Positions 43,732 through 53,642 of a DNA stretch of 64,000 bases are shown here, piece by piece. Made by a program: the position numbers and the translations under genes. Numbering within the stretch: the first letter of the stretch is position 1; each line of letters starts with the position of its first letter. Source of the DNA: a phage; the NCBI GenBank assembly GCA_025677605.1, contig GCA_025677605.1_4110.1; one strand, given 5' to 3'. The notes beneath the pieces were generated by a model. The model saw only the letters and a list, made by a program, of their open reading frames with translations. It was not told the origin of the DNA and made no database searches.

Positions 43732-43739
43732 TATTTATA
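43732..43739 (-). promoter_or_regulatory. T4-type late-promoter-like box TATAAATA
   Basis: Perfect TATAAATA on the minus strand about 40 nt upstream of the tube-like start codon. Confidence 0.45.
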
Positions 43740-43840
43740 AAAATTAACATACTTTATGTAGTACTTAATGATATGTTTTATCTATAGGGAACCAATCCAT
43801 ATTAATACAATATGTGTACTGGAATTCACCAGTATATAGC

Positions 43841-44011
43841 TTAAACCTTACACCGAACTGACCATCTGCCATTTGTATAAGCAGAAAAATCACTCACAAT
43901 ACCCACATCTTTTAATACTTCCATTAAGGCTTCTATAAGATTTTGGGCTTCTTCTTGTGATTCTGAATTAAAGGCCAATTCTTGCAGGATACTTTTAATT
44001 ATTTCGTCCAT
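43841..44011 (-). CDS. Small hypothetical ORF (56 aa), not in the supplied track
   Basis: ATG at 44011 with AGGTGAGAGGG RBS; translates MDEIIKSILQELAFNSES...; between sheath terminator and tube promoter. Confidence 0.35.
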   Translation of the reverse strand: MDEIIKSILQELAFNSESQEEAQNLIEALMEVLKDVGIVSDFSAYTNGRWSVRCKV

Positions 44012-44057
44012 ATATCCCTCTCACCTTACTGAATATATGGTATTTAATTTAAACAAT

Positions 44058-44084
44058 AAAAAAGGGAACCATATGGTTCCCTTA
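44058..44084 (-). terminator. Intrinsic terminator downstream of the sheath gene
   Basis: GGGAACC-ATAT-GGTTCCC hairpin followed by U6 on the minus-strand transcript. Confidence 0.75.
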
Positions 44085-44089
44085 GTGTG

Positions 44090-46753
44090 TTATTGAGTCT
44101 TTTCAATACGAATCGGTACGTAAATGAAGTTGATAGACTTAGTAGGTTGGATTGCGATATCCATCCAAAGTTCGTTACGGTCAATACGCTCGGAGGTGTT
44201 GTTACTTTCATCACAAACAACTGCGAAGTTATATAGACCTTGTTGTTGAACGATTTCAGCTAGGAAGCTATTAACTACACCACTGAATTCCTGACGAGTA
44301 CTTGGAGTATTCAAACGGAATAGGAATGGTTCAGAAATAATTTCTAGTTGACGACGAATATAAACAACTAAACGTGCAACGTTAACACGGCTTAATGCGG
44401 AAGTTTGGTTAGGAGATAGTGTTTTATCACCATATACTAGCAAACCACGATTTGGACGCATTGCAATTGGGTTAATGTTGTTGGTGTACATTACATCACG
44501 TTGACCTTGGTTATAAACTACTGGCTGATATTCACCTTCATCATTGATGAAGCCAACAGATGCAGCGTTTGTTACAACACCACGAGTAGTACCAGCAGGT
44601 GGATACCATACATAACTTACGCTGTCGCTGTATGCATAGGTACGCATTGCAATAGTACTGCCAGGAACTGCAACTTCTTCACCATCAACGTTAGTACTTA
44701 AGCACCAGCCCATATATTGAGCAGCATAATCATATGCAGTAGTACGACCAACATCACCATTACTTGGTGCGTTATTTGCGTTAGTTGCCCATTGTTGAAC
44801 AGCATTACCGTTACCAGTTGGGTTCAAACGTGCTGGAACATCAGTTACGATGAAAGCAGTTTCTTTACGGTCGGTGTTTAGGGTCACACACTCATCTAAA
44901 CATTCAACATAACCAGGAACAGAAATTAGGTTAAAGTCAATGAATTCAGAACGGATATCATCGTTTCCAACGATAACTGCATTTAGTGCTTCTACAACCA
45001 ATTGGCGTTGAGCAGCACGACCAAACAAGCCATTCCCATCAAGACCAACACCACTGACAACATGCCAAAATCCATCGATCATTTTCTTAACCACACCTTC
45101 AGTATTTCCAAGGTCGATTGCGAGCATACCGTTTTGGTATAGAGCAGCCGCTGGAACTTGTTCAGGGAAGTTAAAGTCTTTGAAGATCATACCGTTTAGT
45201 GTACTTTGATCAGTACTGTCAAGTTTAACCCACTCACCATTAACATTACGATAGAAATCGTAGCCATCAATACCTTGTGATTTAGGAGAAACCCAGATTG
45301 TACGGTCAGCAGCAGGTTCGTCAACTTGCACATATTTGTTAGCTTCGTCAACTTCAACCCATTTGTCATTAGCAACATCAGCTAGATACATGGTAACATT
45401 TAGATTATCAGAATTACTGAAATCATACCATAGAGTACCTTCTTTAGCGATACTACGTGGAACGTTACTATCAACACGGAAATTGTTAACGTTAATCAAA
45501 GCATAGTTATTACTATCAACAGTTAGTTTTGCAAATTCATCTTCATCAAATAGTACACTACCACTTTGTGCAGTTTTGAAACTATAACCTTTAGAACTAT
45601 TAATTACTAGGCCACCATTACTTTCTCTTTTAAATTTAAAGCCATCATTGATTAGTTCAGATGAAGCATTTAGATTGTCAAGAATAGTTTGGGTGTTGAT
45701 AACACCACCTAGTGCAACTGCTAGTACTTTAACAGTTTTGGTCAAATAAGAGAAAGTCAAGTAAGAATCTTGGTCTGCTTGAACAACTACAGTTTCACCA
45801 ACTGGAATCGCTGGAGCACTTAGTGCTGGTAGTTTTGCACTTTGAATATAGAAAGAGAAACTCTTACTATCCCAGTCAAAACGAGTAGCGATGAAGCTGT
45901 TATTTAGAACACCACTTTTGGATTCAATTTCTTGGAAACTGTTACCAGTGAATGCTTGTACTTGATTCCAAACTTGAGTTAGGGATGCATAACGTTTAAT
46001 AACAAAACGAGTACCGAAGTAATTAGCACCATTTTGAGTGTAACCATCACGAATCCAGATATTACCTTTCTCAACTGTATTACCTACTGGTACTTTGTTG
46101 ATTGGTGAAAGGTAAGTTTCAACTTGAACTAGACCAGATGCTGCACGTTTGTACATTAGCATTTGACCATTGCTTGGCTTATAACGTAGTACTAGATCGT
46201 CAACGTTAATACCAACTAGGCTAACATCACTAACTTCTTCAGCACTAACAATAGTTACTGGTTTTAGTTGCCAGTCATAGAAACTGGTTGGTGAATCCAC
46301 TTTAGAAACATATGCTTCAACTTGTGATTGAGCAACATCTAGCCACAATGTACCGTTTGGTACTGGACCAGTTGGAGCAGTAGCAGAAGGTGATAGTTGT
46401 GCCAAGTCGATATCTGCACGTACAACATAAGCACGGTTAGTAATACCAAGGTAAGAATAAGCAGCATGTAGGCCGTATTCGTTTAGTTCGTCACCTTGAA
46501 CAACTGAACCATTACTTGATTGAAAAATCGGTGTGCCGTAAGTGTCTAGTGAACTTTTCTGAGAAGTTAGAAGTTGCAACTTACCAGCATTTGCTTTTGT
46601 GGTTCCAGCAGCGATTGTGTTGCTACCTGGTACTAATTTATCTTCTGCGGTAGCAATGATGAATAGTGGTACTGTTCCAGGTGCGGAAGCAGTGCTCATA
46701 CTTTCATCAGTAACTGAAATGGAAACGCCAGGCGATAGGAGTTCTCCTGCCAT
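44090..46753 (-). CDS. Tail sheath protein
   Basis: 887-aa ORF; N-terminal LLSPGV and NRAYVVRADID blocks and hydrophobic C-terminal region as in contractile sheath proteins; AATAAATA about 50 nt upstream. Confidence 0.88.
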   Translation of the reverse strand: MAGELLSPGVSISVTDESMSTASAPGTVPLFIIATAEDKLVPGSNTIAAGTTKANAGKLQLLTSQKSSLDTYGTPIFQSSNGSVVQGDELNEYGLHAAYSYLGITNRAYVVRADIDLAQLSPSATAPTGPVPNGTLWLDVAQSQVEAYVSKVDSPTSFYDWQLKPVTIVSAEEVSDVSLVGINVDDLVLRYKPSNGQMLMYKRAASGLVQVETYLSPINKVPVGNTVEKGNIWIRDGYTQNGANYFGTRFVIKRYASLTQVWNQVQAFTGNSFQEIESKSGVLNNSFIATRFDWDSKSFSFYIQSAKLPALSAPAIPVGETVVVQADQDSYLTFSYLTKTVKVLAVALGGVINTQTILDNLNASSELINDGFKFKRESNGGLVINSSKGYSFKTAQSGSVLFDEDEFAKLTVDSNNYALINVNNFRVDSNVPRSIAKEGTLWYDFSNSDNLNVTMYLADVANDKWVEVDEANKYVQVDEPAADRTIWVSPKSQGIDGYDFYRNVNGEWVKLDSTDQSTLNGMIFKDFNFPEQVPAAALYQNGMLAIDLGNTEGVVKKMIDGFWHVVSGVGLDGNGLFGRAAQRQLVVEALNAVIVGNDDIRSEFIDFNLISVPGYVECLDECVTLNTDRKETAFIVTDVPARLNPTGNGNAVQQWATNANNAPSNGDVGRTTAYDYAAQYMGWCLSTNVDGEEVAVPGSTIAMRTYAYSDSVSYVWYPPAGTTRGVVTNAASVGFINDEGEYQPVVYNQGQRDVMYTNNINPIAMRPNRGLLVYGDKTLSPNQTSALSRVNVARLVVYIRRQLEIISEPFLFRLNTPSTRQEFSGVVNSFLAEIVQQQGLYNFAVVCDESNNTSERIDRNELWMDIAIQPTKSINFIYVPIRIEKTQ

Positions 46754-46847
46754 ATTAAATCCTCCAAAAATAATTGGTTATTCGAATATATTTCGTATAG
46801 TCTTATTTATTGGTGGATTTAATTGACTTGAGCTAATTGATTTTTTA

Positions 46848-47474
46848 TCAGTTTTTCGTATAAATAATATCCAGTGCTTTGTTTTCTAGGTCTTTTATAG
46901 TTCCATTATTCTTGATAATATAATGTGGGTTGTTAATACCAATCCATGCCCATTCAGATTCATGTACTGATTCCAGTTCAACTGGTTTCATTTGGATATC
47001 ACCTTTATTGTATGATGCTGCTAGACCATACCAGAATGGTAAATTGCGTTGAACTTCAATGATGATACCGTTATTTTCACGAATCATTTTCAATTCATTT
47101 GGAAAACGACAATCAGTAATGATAATGTTACCTTCTATGTCCATCATAGAACGTTCTAAACTGAATACCCAAATGTCATTATGCAAATAACGACGAACTA
47201 CATTAGTACCGTAATTTTGCAGTACCCAACGTGGTGAAACATCATCACGTCCTAATTTATTACACCAGTACTGATCCGGTTGTTCACGAATAGCACGACC
47301 TTCTTTAGTAGTTCCTTCTAGCATTTCCCTGTCCCAGCCAAAAATAGCTGCAACTGAATCTTTCAGGTTCTTTGCAAACGACATACGGGTATATCCATTA
47401 TCGATGAATGTTTTAGCGTATGTATCTTTACCACTTCCTATTGAGCCATTGATGGCTACGATTTTTCTTTCCAT
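46848..47474 (-). CDS. Deoxynucleoside monophosphate kinase-like protein
   Basis: P-loop INGSIGSGKDT resembling the T4 gp1 N-terminus; ~200 aa. Confidence 0.7.
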   Translation of the reverse strand: MERKIVAINGSIGSGKDTYAKTFIDNGYTRMSFAKNLKDSVAAIFGWDREMLEGTTKEGRAIREQPDQYWCNKLGRDDVSPRWVLQNYGTNVVRRYLHNDIWVFSLERSMMDIEGNIIITDCRFPNELKMIRENNGIIIEVQRNLPFWYGLAASYNKGDIQMKPVELESVHESEWAWIGINNPHYIIKNNGTIKDLENKALDIIYTKN

Positions 47475-47476
47475 AG

Positions 47477-47791
47477 TTACACTTCCTTCATATATTCATC
47501 ACCAACTAAGCTTCTAACTATATCAATAATAGTTTCATTACCGTTGTATACTGACACATATACAACATAAAATGTTTTTCCATTATCATCCCTGCATATA
47601 CTTGCCCATGCGTTAATTACATCCCTGGTGAATACATCAACTAATGCATTTTTGATAAATCGCCAGTACTGTTCTGATTCGAAATAATTGTCGCTTAATT
47701 TTCCACATCTGAATTTTGCATATTCAATTGTCATTATATCACCGTATATGAAAAAAGACCCCAACATGGAGTCTTTTTTTATTTTAACCAA
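47477..47791 (-). CDS. Hypothetical protein, start uncertain
   Basis: The annotated 5' end contains a terminator-like hairpin (about 47755-47776) and a GTGATATAATGA element overlapping an internal Met codon (47734-47732); true start probably internal. Confidence 0.45.
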   Translation of the reverse strand: MVKIKKDSMLGSFFIYGDIMTIEYAKFRCGKLSDNYFESEQYWRFIKNALVDVFTRDVINAWASICRDDNGKTFYVVYVSVYNGNETIIDIVRSLVGDEYMKEV

Positions 47792-48575
47792 TAATCATAC
47801 CAAGTGGTTCACCACCATCTTTGTATCTCTTCAACTGTTCTTTAAGTTGTTCCTGGAGTTGCATACCTTCATTACGAAGTGTATCACCATCCATTGAAAA
47901 TGTTCCTTGTGGTCCTGGTAAAGAAGCAAACTTAGCACGGTTGCGACCTAACATAATCATCGCTTCCGATAAAGCCCAATCACGAAGCCACGGATAACTC
48001 ATTTGACGTTGGAATAGTAGTGGTTCTGGGATGTTATGATACACATGAACCAGTACTTCTTCTGTGCCGCGAATATCACGGTCAATAACCAGTTTCTTAG
48101 TCATAGGGTTAAACTGGAAAATAATCTCACGTCCAAACATACGTCCTACTAATTCCTGAAACTGGAAACTGAAGTCATAGGTTGTTAAATCATAACCACC
48201 AGCGTTGCGAGCAGACGTTAGTAGATATGTGTTTGTAAATGCAATTGAAAATGGATCAACTGAGTTACCACTACCAGAACTCAAATAACCATTACCATAA
48301 CGATAAATTTTCTTAACAATTTCCACTTCAGTTGGTAACATGTAAACTGATTGAGAATCATAGAATTTCATGCTTAAAAAAGCTTCTTCTTTTGATGCAG
48401 AACTCCATGCTCTGTAGTTTGATACCGCATTATCGATTGCGATTTCTAATTGTCCATCAGTAATTTCAACTTCAACAGCACCAGCACCCAACATTTGTGT
48501 AATCACATCTTTTAATTTTTCACGGTGATCGTAATTTGGGGCATCTGGATTTCCACCCATATAGTCATATGACAT
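47784..48575 (-). CDS. Hypothetical protein
   Basis: 263-aa ORF. Confidence 0.7.
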   Translation of the reverse strand: MSYDYMGGNPDAPNYDHREKLKDVITQMLGAGAVEVEITDGQLEIAIDNAVSNYRAWSSASKEEAFLSMKFYDSQSVYMLPTEVEIVKKIYRYGNGYLSSGSGNSVDPFSIAFTNTYLLTSARNAGGYDLTTYDFSFQFQELVGRMFGREIIFQFNPMTKKLVIDRDIRGTEEVLVHVYHNIPEPLLFQRQMSYPWLRDWALSEAMIMLGRNRAKFASLPGPQGTFSMDGDTLRNEGMQLQEQLKEQLKRYKDGGEPLGMIIG

Positions 48576-48626
48576 AAAAAAGCACCTCTTTAATGTTTAT
48601 ATACATTATTTAGAGGTGCTATTGAT

Positions 48627-48839
48627 TTAGCTTAGTCTATCGTACCAACAACGCAAATAAACTAAGTTAACAAAGTGTTCAGTATCTATCATATCAAGGA
48701 AACCAAATATACTAACTGAATATATATGTTTCCCATCATGATAGTATATTATATAGTCTTGATTTGGCTCAATCCAGTAATGAGTATTTCCGACTATTAA
48801 TTTATGATTATAAACACCTGTTAAAAGATGATCGCTCAT
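48627..48839 (-). CDS. Hypothetical small protein
   Basis: 70-aa ORF. Confidence 0.45.
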   Translation of the reverse strand: MSDHLLTGVYNHKLIVGNTHYWIEPNQDYIIYYHDGKHIYSVSIFGFLDMIDTEHFVNLVYLRCWYDRLS

Positions 48840-49216
48840 TAACTTATCTTTGTACAGTTAGTGACAATGTGTTCAATATCTTTTTTAGTGAAGGGGCCGA
48901 GTACTAGAACCTCTTCCCCATTACCAAACATACTTAGTGGTACTGACTGCTGATTCGCAAGATATTCAATCTGCATCATTTCATCCATGTCATCTGCTTC
49001 ATAGACAACTTGTTCCAGTTCATTGTCTTTAATCCATGAATCCCAATGAGCTTTAAACTGTTTGGCTTCATATTCTTGAACATAGTTAGGGGATGCTGGG
49101 TTGTACTGATGTAGCATAGTCATGCCAGCCATAACCAATTCTTTTGGTGATGGGGTTTTACCTTTCAGTACTACGATAGCTTGAATAGTTTTTGCTTTCA
49201 CTTCATTAGCAGCCAT
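48839..49216 (-). CDS. Hypothetical protein, weak PTH2-like peptidyl-tRNA hydrolase resemblance
   Basis: IQAIVVLKGK N-terminus and VLVLGPFTKKDIEHIV C-terminus loosely resemble PTH2; weak. Confidence 0.55.
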   Translation of the reverse strand: MAANEVKAKTIQAIVVLKGKTPSPKELVMAGMTMLHQYNPASPNYVQEYEAKQFKAHWDSWIKDNELEQVVYEADDMDEMMQIEYLANQQSVPLSMFGNGEEVLVLGPFTKKDIEHIVTNCTKIS

Positions 49217-49228
49217 TTTATACCTCTA

Positions 49229-49537
49229 TTATAGGATGATTTTGTTGTCAGGGACAATCAACGCTGGCTTATCTTCTAGAGTCTTAATTGCTTCAACATA
49301 AGCATCAACCAGTGCAGGGTTTGCATCACTGATACTGATGATGTTAGATTTGAAGAAAATAACACCTTTTTCTGAACTAATAAATTCTAGATAATCACGT
49401 AGAATGATTTCACCTTTTTCGTCAGTACCTAGCTGTGCTGGGTAGTTAACTACTACTGCTTCTGGAGCATCGGTTTGTAGAACTGCTAGTACTGGGCCAA
49501 CGTTGTTGATGTTTAGTAGTTTAACGGTAATAGTCAT
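49229..49537 (-). CDS. Hypothetical protein (start trimmed to internal ATG)
   Basis: Track ORF 49229-49687 overlaps the upstream gene by 130 nt; ATG at 49537 (MTITVKLL) has an AAGGA RBS just after the upstream stop. Confidence 0.5.
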   Translation of the reverse strand: MTITVKLLNINNVGPVLAVLQTDAPEAVVVNYPAQLGTDEKGEIILRDYLEFISSEKGVIFFKSNIISISDANPALVDAYVEAIKTLEDKPALIVPDNKIIL

Positions 49538-49556
49538 TTTTGTCAAGTCCTTTTGT

Positions 49557-50069
49557 TTATTTGAGAATATATAAATGTTTTTCAGCATTAACCAGCCTGT
49601 GGTCAATGATTTCTTTGATAACGTTCCAGTTACCACCGCCCAAATCGGCTCCAATTTTCGGAAAGTGTACATGAACATTTCGTTCAATTTTACAGAAAAA
49701 ATTCAAATGCATGAAAACGTCATCAATGGCATCATAGCTTACGTATTTTGCACCATCAGTTCCGTACCATTTTTGAGTAATGCAGTTTGCGATAATCAAA
49801 TCATCATTAATTGCTGAATATGCAATTTGTCCGGTTCTTAGAAAACCCATTCTCTTTTCATATTCTTTATAATCATCATATGCCTTTGGGTACTGCATTC
49901 TGAGTTCTTTTGCAAAACCAGAACCCATTTTACCTTGAGCATTACAACCATGAGCTATAATATGTAATGCAGTATGATCATCAGTTACAGTACTGAATAA
50001 TTCAAACAGATTACCGTGATGTTCATGTATCATGTGTTCTCCGAAAAGAAAAGGACTCGAATATATCAA
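49557..50069 (-). CDS. Putative macro-domain (ADP-ribose binding/processing) protein
   Basis: HIIAHGCNAQGKMGSGFAKEL and FPKIGADLGGGNW resemble the two glycine-rich macro-domain loops; motif-only call. Confidence 0.5.
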   Translation of the reverse strand: MIYSSPFLFGEHMIHEHHGNLFELFSTVTDDHTALHIIAHGCNAQGKMGSGFAKELRMQYPKAYDDYKEYEKRMGFLRTGQIAYSAINDDLIIANCITQKWYGTDGAKYVSYDAIDDVFMHLNFFCKIERNVHVHFPKIGADLGGGNWNVIKEIIDHRLVNAEKHLYILK

Positions 50070-50087
50070 GTCCTTTATATTATTAGG

Positions 50088-50345
50088 TTATTCTTCTTCA
50101 CCGAAACGAATTTTCTTCAATTCTTTTCGATGCTTTCTTGCTATTGTACTTTTGTGAAGTCTATTACTACGTTTTGTGTCTTTTTCAATATACCAGCTAT
50201 CTTCTGGTGGATTGAAGTCACAATAACCATCTTCCGTAATTGTTCCTAAGAATGCAGATTTTTTAGGAATATTTGTTTGAGCTTTAGTCTGAAATTGACC
50301 TTTTGCTAATTGTTCACGAAAACTGAGCATAATAGTATCTCCCAA
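50088..50345 (-). CDS. Hypothetical small basic protein
   Basis: 85-aa ORF. Confidence 0.45.
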   Translation of the reverse strand: MGDTIMLSFREQLAKGQFQTKAQTNIPKKSAFLGTITEDGYCDFNPPEDSWYIEKDTKRSNRLHKSTIARKHRKELKKIRFGEEE

Positions 50346-50380
50346 ATTGTTAAGAAGAACTTGTTGTTCTTCAATATTAT

Positions 50381-50620
50381 TTAGGGGTTTTTTACAACCT
50401 CATGTGAAGCAATAAATGCTAAAATATCATCTTTACTAAACACTTCAATAATGTGAGAAATAGCAGCATCGTATTCTTCACGTCTTGATGTGTATTCTTT
50501 CATTTCATGAATTTTCTTTTGAGCTTTTTGTTTTGATTGGTTGATATCTGGAGTTTCAAATTTAACTCCCAAACTGTCAGCCAATGCACGTGCTCGTGAT
50601 GATACCTTATCGATATTCAT
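50381..50620 (-). CDS. Hypothetical small protein
   Basis: 79-aa ORF. Confidence 0.45.
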   Translation of the reverse strand: MNIDKVSSRARALADSLGVKFETPDINQSKQKAQKKIHEMKEYTSRREEYDAAISHIIEVFSKDDILAFIASHEVVKNP

Positions 50621-50868
50621 TAGTTCCAGCGACCTTCTTTTAGCCCGTTAACAAAACCAGTACATCCACCAGGAACATACTCATCATTTACGAAAATTTG
50701 TGGAACTTGACGAACTGGCTCACCGCAAATTTCTGATAGTTTAGCACCATCAATACCTTCAGAAACCACATCGATAAAATCCATTTCAAATGAATTGTTC
50801 TCACAAATTGCTTTTGCTGTATCACAGAAATTACAACCAGTCGTGCGACCATAAATTTTCACTTTCAT
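50620..50868 (-). CDS. Glutaredoxin/NrdH-like redoxin
   Basis: 82 aa with CxxC (CNFC) near the N-terminus and thioredoxin-fold pattern. Confidence 0.75.
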   Translation of the reverse strand: MKVKIYGRTTGCNFCDTAKAICENNSFEMDFIDVVSEGIDGAKLSEICGEPVRQVPQIFVNDEYVPGGCTGFVNGLKEGRWN

Positions 50869-50872
50869 ATAA

Positions 50873-51289
50873 CTATCCTTTATTTTTTTGAAACAATTTA
50901 ACAGCTTTAATTATACTGTTACACATTCGTTCGGTCAAATACTTTTGACAATCTTGAACATCAATGTACATGAATTTATCCAATTCTGGATGGCTTTTAC
51001 CATATCGATTGGTATAAGTACTGTTACACTTCAGTTCATCCGGTTCGGGTTTGTATTTAGCTGTATAGAAAAATAAAACTAATCTTTTCCCTTTCCTGTA
51101 TGATACATCACCTAATAAGAGAAGATCCTTTTCATCAATCTCAAATCCTGTTTCTTCATAGCACTCACGAACAGCAGCTTCAGCAAATGTTTCATTGCCC
51201 TCGGTTTTACCTTTTGGTAAATCCCAATGCTTCTGTCCGTGTTGTGTGTCCAACAAGTATCTGACCATCACGATAAAATATAATGCCAC
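50873..51289 (-). CDS. Nudix hydrolase
   Basis: Nudix box GKTEGNETFAEAAVRECYEETGFEI. Confidence 0.8.
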   Translation of the reverse strand: MALYFIVMVRYLLDTQHGQKHWDLPKGKTEGNETFAEAAVRECYEETGFEIDEKDLLLLGDVSYRKGKRLVLFFYTAKYKPEPDELKCNSTYTNRYGKSHPELDKFMYIDVQDCQKYLTERMCNSIIKAVKLFQKNKG

Positions 51290-51375
51290 AACTATAACGC
51301 ATAATCTTATCTCTTAATAGCAATGATGCCCAGATACAATTATTATATCAGAAGTCGTTCTCTTTTCCCAGAGTT

Positions 51376-52509
51376 TTAAAACATTTGTTGAATTGCTTCA
51401 CAACGTAAAACTGAAACAAAATCACGGATTTCAGATGCTTCTAACTCACCGTCTTTTACCAGTTGTTGAATATCTGGAAGTACTACATCAGTGTAACGAT
51501 CATATACCTTAATGATTAAATCTTCAAGGTCTAAATCAATCTCTTTACGTAGAATAAAATATTCCAGTACTTTGTAAAGGAATTCTTCACCGCCGTTATT
51601 CTTGATATTCATATCCAGTAATAATTGTCCCATTTCATTTGGGGTCTTTTTACGGAATGCCTTGATATCATCACGGAAACGTTTGATGTAATTACTGAAT
51701 TTAACGTACTTAACGGGCATTTTAATAGCACCATTCAGTACTGAATCCTCACCAATTTCTTCTTTCTCAAGAAGCACAGACCATAAGAAATATGGCTTAT
51801 ATGCTTCAGTACAATTATCAGAGATATGATCAATGAGTTCCAATGACTTTTTGGTTAATGTAGCATTAAATGCTTTTTCATAGTAACCAAACTTACTTAG
51901 TGTTTTAAGGAACTTAGCTGGCTTTTCTTCTGACAGTGCTTTTTCAAATTCAACATAAACACGGTCTGGAACAAGGTGATTTAGCTCACCAGACGCTACC
52001 ATATCGATTGCAAGTGCTTCAGTAGTCTCGTGTATAGAGAAATCAGAATAACGCGTAGCAAAGCGAGCTAGACGTAATACACGCAATGGATCTTCTTTGA
52101 AGTGTTCGGATACATGACGTAGTACTTTATTCTTGATATCAGCTTTACCACCGTATGGGTCGATGTGAATTTGCAGTACTGGATCATACGCGATTGCATT
52201 AATTGTAAGATCACGACGATACAAATCTTGTTCCAGTGTTACACCTTTTGTATCCACTTCGAAGCCACCGTATCCAGTACCAGTTTTTCGTTCAGTACGG
52301 GCTAATGCGTGTTCGTTACCTTCTGGGCTTAGATAAACTGGAAAATCTTTACCAACCTGTTTATATCCAATACTTTCTAAGTATTTGATATCAGATTCAG
52401 TTGCACCAACAATGACATAATCTTTGTCCTTTGCACGAATGCCCATTAGACGGTCGCGGCAGTATCCACCAACAAGGTATTTTTTCATTCTTATTCTCCC
52501 ATCAACCAA
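51376..52509 (-). CDS. tRNA nucleotidyltransferase (CCA-adding enzyme family)
   Basis: Head-domain motifs GGYCRDRLMG...DKDYV, RRDLTINA, EDPLRVLRLARFA; likely true start MKKYLVGG. Confidence 0.85.
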   Translation of the reverse strand: MVDGRIRMKKYLVGGYCRDRLMGIRAKDKDYVIVGATESDIKYLESIGYKQVGKDFPVYLSPEGNEHALARTERKTGTGYGGFEVDTKGVTLEQDLYRRDLTINAIAYDPVLQIHIDPYGGKADIKNKVLRHVSEHFKEDPLRVLRLARFATRYSDFSIHETTEALAIDMVASGELNHLVPDRVYVEFEKALSEEKPAKFLKTLSKFGYYEKAFNATLTKKSLELIDHISDNCTEAYKPYFLWSVLLEKEEIGEDSVLNGAIKMPVKYVKFSNYIKRFRDDIKAFRKKTPNEMGQLLLDMNIKNNGGEEFLYKVLEYFILRKEIDLDLEDLIIKVYDRYTDVVLPDIQQLVKDGELEASEIRDFVSVLRCEAIQQMF

Positions 52510-52624
52510 TCACGCAGACTTTCCCAGAAGCCTTTTGGCTTGTATTCTGGAACTTGATATTCGTCGGTTCCTTGTTCAGAAACACCCCAATCTTCTTCTA
52601 ACATTGCAATCATAAAGCCTCCAA

Positions 52625-53047
52625 TTAAATTAATCTGTCACGCAAGCGGGATTCATATTGTTTATGTATAGATAGTATATACTGAAATGAAGAATAGTCA
52701 ATACCAAATGTGTCATCAATGAACATATACTGGGCCAGTACTTCAGGTCCATCATCAACTACAGGCAATGAACCTGCTTTTTTTTCTAACACATTCCATG
52801 CAAACTCATCGGAAGTATCAAATCTATGGTATTGTAGTTCTATCTTACTTTTTCTTAGTATAATTAATAATTCATCACCATCATCATATGCATTACGGAT
52901 TTTAATACGTACTGTTCCTTGTAACTGGTTAGTATACATTACGCGATATTGGTTGTATGTGACTAAACCACGTCTTTCAGTACTGAACTCTTGTTCAGAA
53001 AAGTACTTTAACGTTTCGTTGAATTTGGGTATTTTAGTAACGTCCAA
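52625..53047 (-). CDS. Hypothetical protein, tandem paralog 1
   Basis: C-terminus AQYMFIDDTFGIDYSSFQYILSIHKQYE matches paralog 2. Confidence 0.6.
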   Translation of the reverse strand: MDVTKIPKFNETLKYFSEQEFSTERRGLVTYNQYRVMYTNQLQGTVRIKIRNAYDDGDELLIILRKSKIELQYHRFDTSDEFAWNVLEKKAGSLPVVDDGPEVLAQYMFIDDTFGIDYSSFQYILSIHKQYESRLRDRLI

Positions 53048-53450
53048 TTACGTAATCCTCATACTGTTCGTATACACGCATTATACTCTGATATGTCACA
53101 AAGTCAATACCAAAGGTATCATCAATGAACTGATATTGCATAAACTCTTCCTCGGTAGCACCAATAGGAAGTGTGCCGTTTCGTTGATCGTTTGATTGAA
53201 CATCTTCAATGTACATCAAACCTATACTTTCATCTAAAGTGATATCTATCATAAAAACATCTTCACTATAAAACATGTTATATGAACGGATGAAAAGATT
53301 ACCAGTTCTATCAAAACTTGATACATGTGTTTCAACGTAGGTTCTATCTAAACTAAAGAATAAACCAGTACCATCGGGTTTTCGTTGGTCTTTCAATTTA
53401 ATTTCGATAGCATCAAATATCGGTTTAATATTAAACTTTTTCATAAGCAA
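53034..53450 (-). CDS. Hypothetical protein, tandem paralog 2
   Basis: C-terminus MQYQFIDDTFGIDFVTYQSIMRVYEQYE matches paralog 1. Confidence 0.6.
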   Translation of the reverse strand: MLMKKFNIKPIFDAIEIKLKDQRKPDGTGLFFSLDRTYVETHVSSFDRTGNLFIRSYNMFYSEDVFMIDITLDESIGLMYIEDVQSNDQRNGTLPIGATEEEFMQYQFIDDTFGIDFVTYQSIMRVYEQYEDYVIGRY

Positions 53451-53629
53451 ATCACATACTTATTACTATGTGGATCGTAACAGTAAGAGTCGTTCACCTT
53501 AATGCCAGGTTTGAGTTCCAGGGTTGTACCCATTTCAGTACTGGGTTCTGCATCAAAGTAAATCATCACACCAATGCCACCGAGTAAGGCTATGATACAT
53601 ATAACTGCACCTATTGTATATTCCATCAC
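53441..53629 (-). CDS. Small predicted membrane protein
   Basis: 62 aa with hydrophobic span GAVICIIALLGGIGVMIYF. Confidence 0.5.
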   Translation of the reverse strand: MMEYTIGAVICIIALLGGIGVMIYFDAEPSTEMGTTLELKPGIKVNDSYCYDPHSNKYVICL

Positions 53630-53642
53630 TATACCTCTGTTA

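Noticed and set aside
47751-47780. Terminator-like hairpin at 47755-47776 as an independent terminator feature
   Set aside because: It lies inside the annotated 5' end of ORF 47477-47791, so either the ORF start is wrong or the hairpin is coding; noted under that CDS instead.
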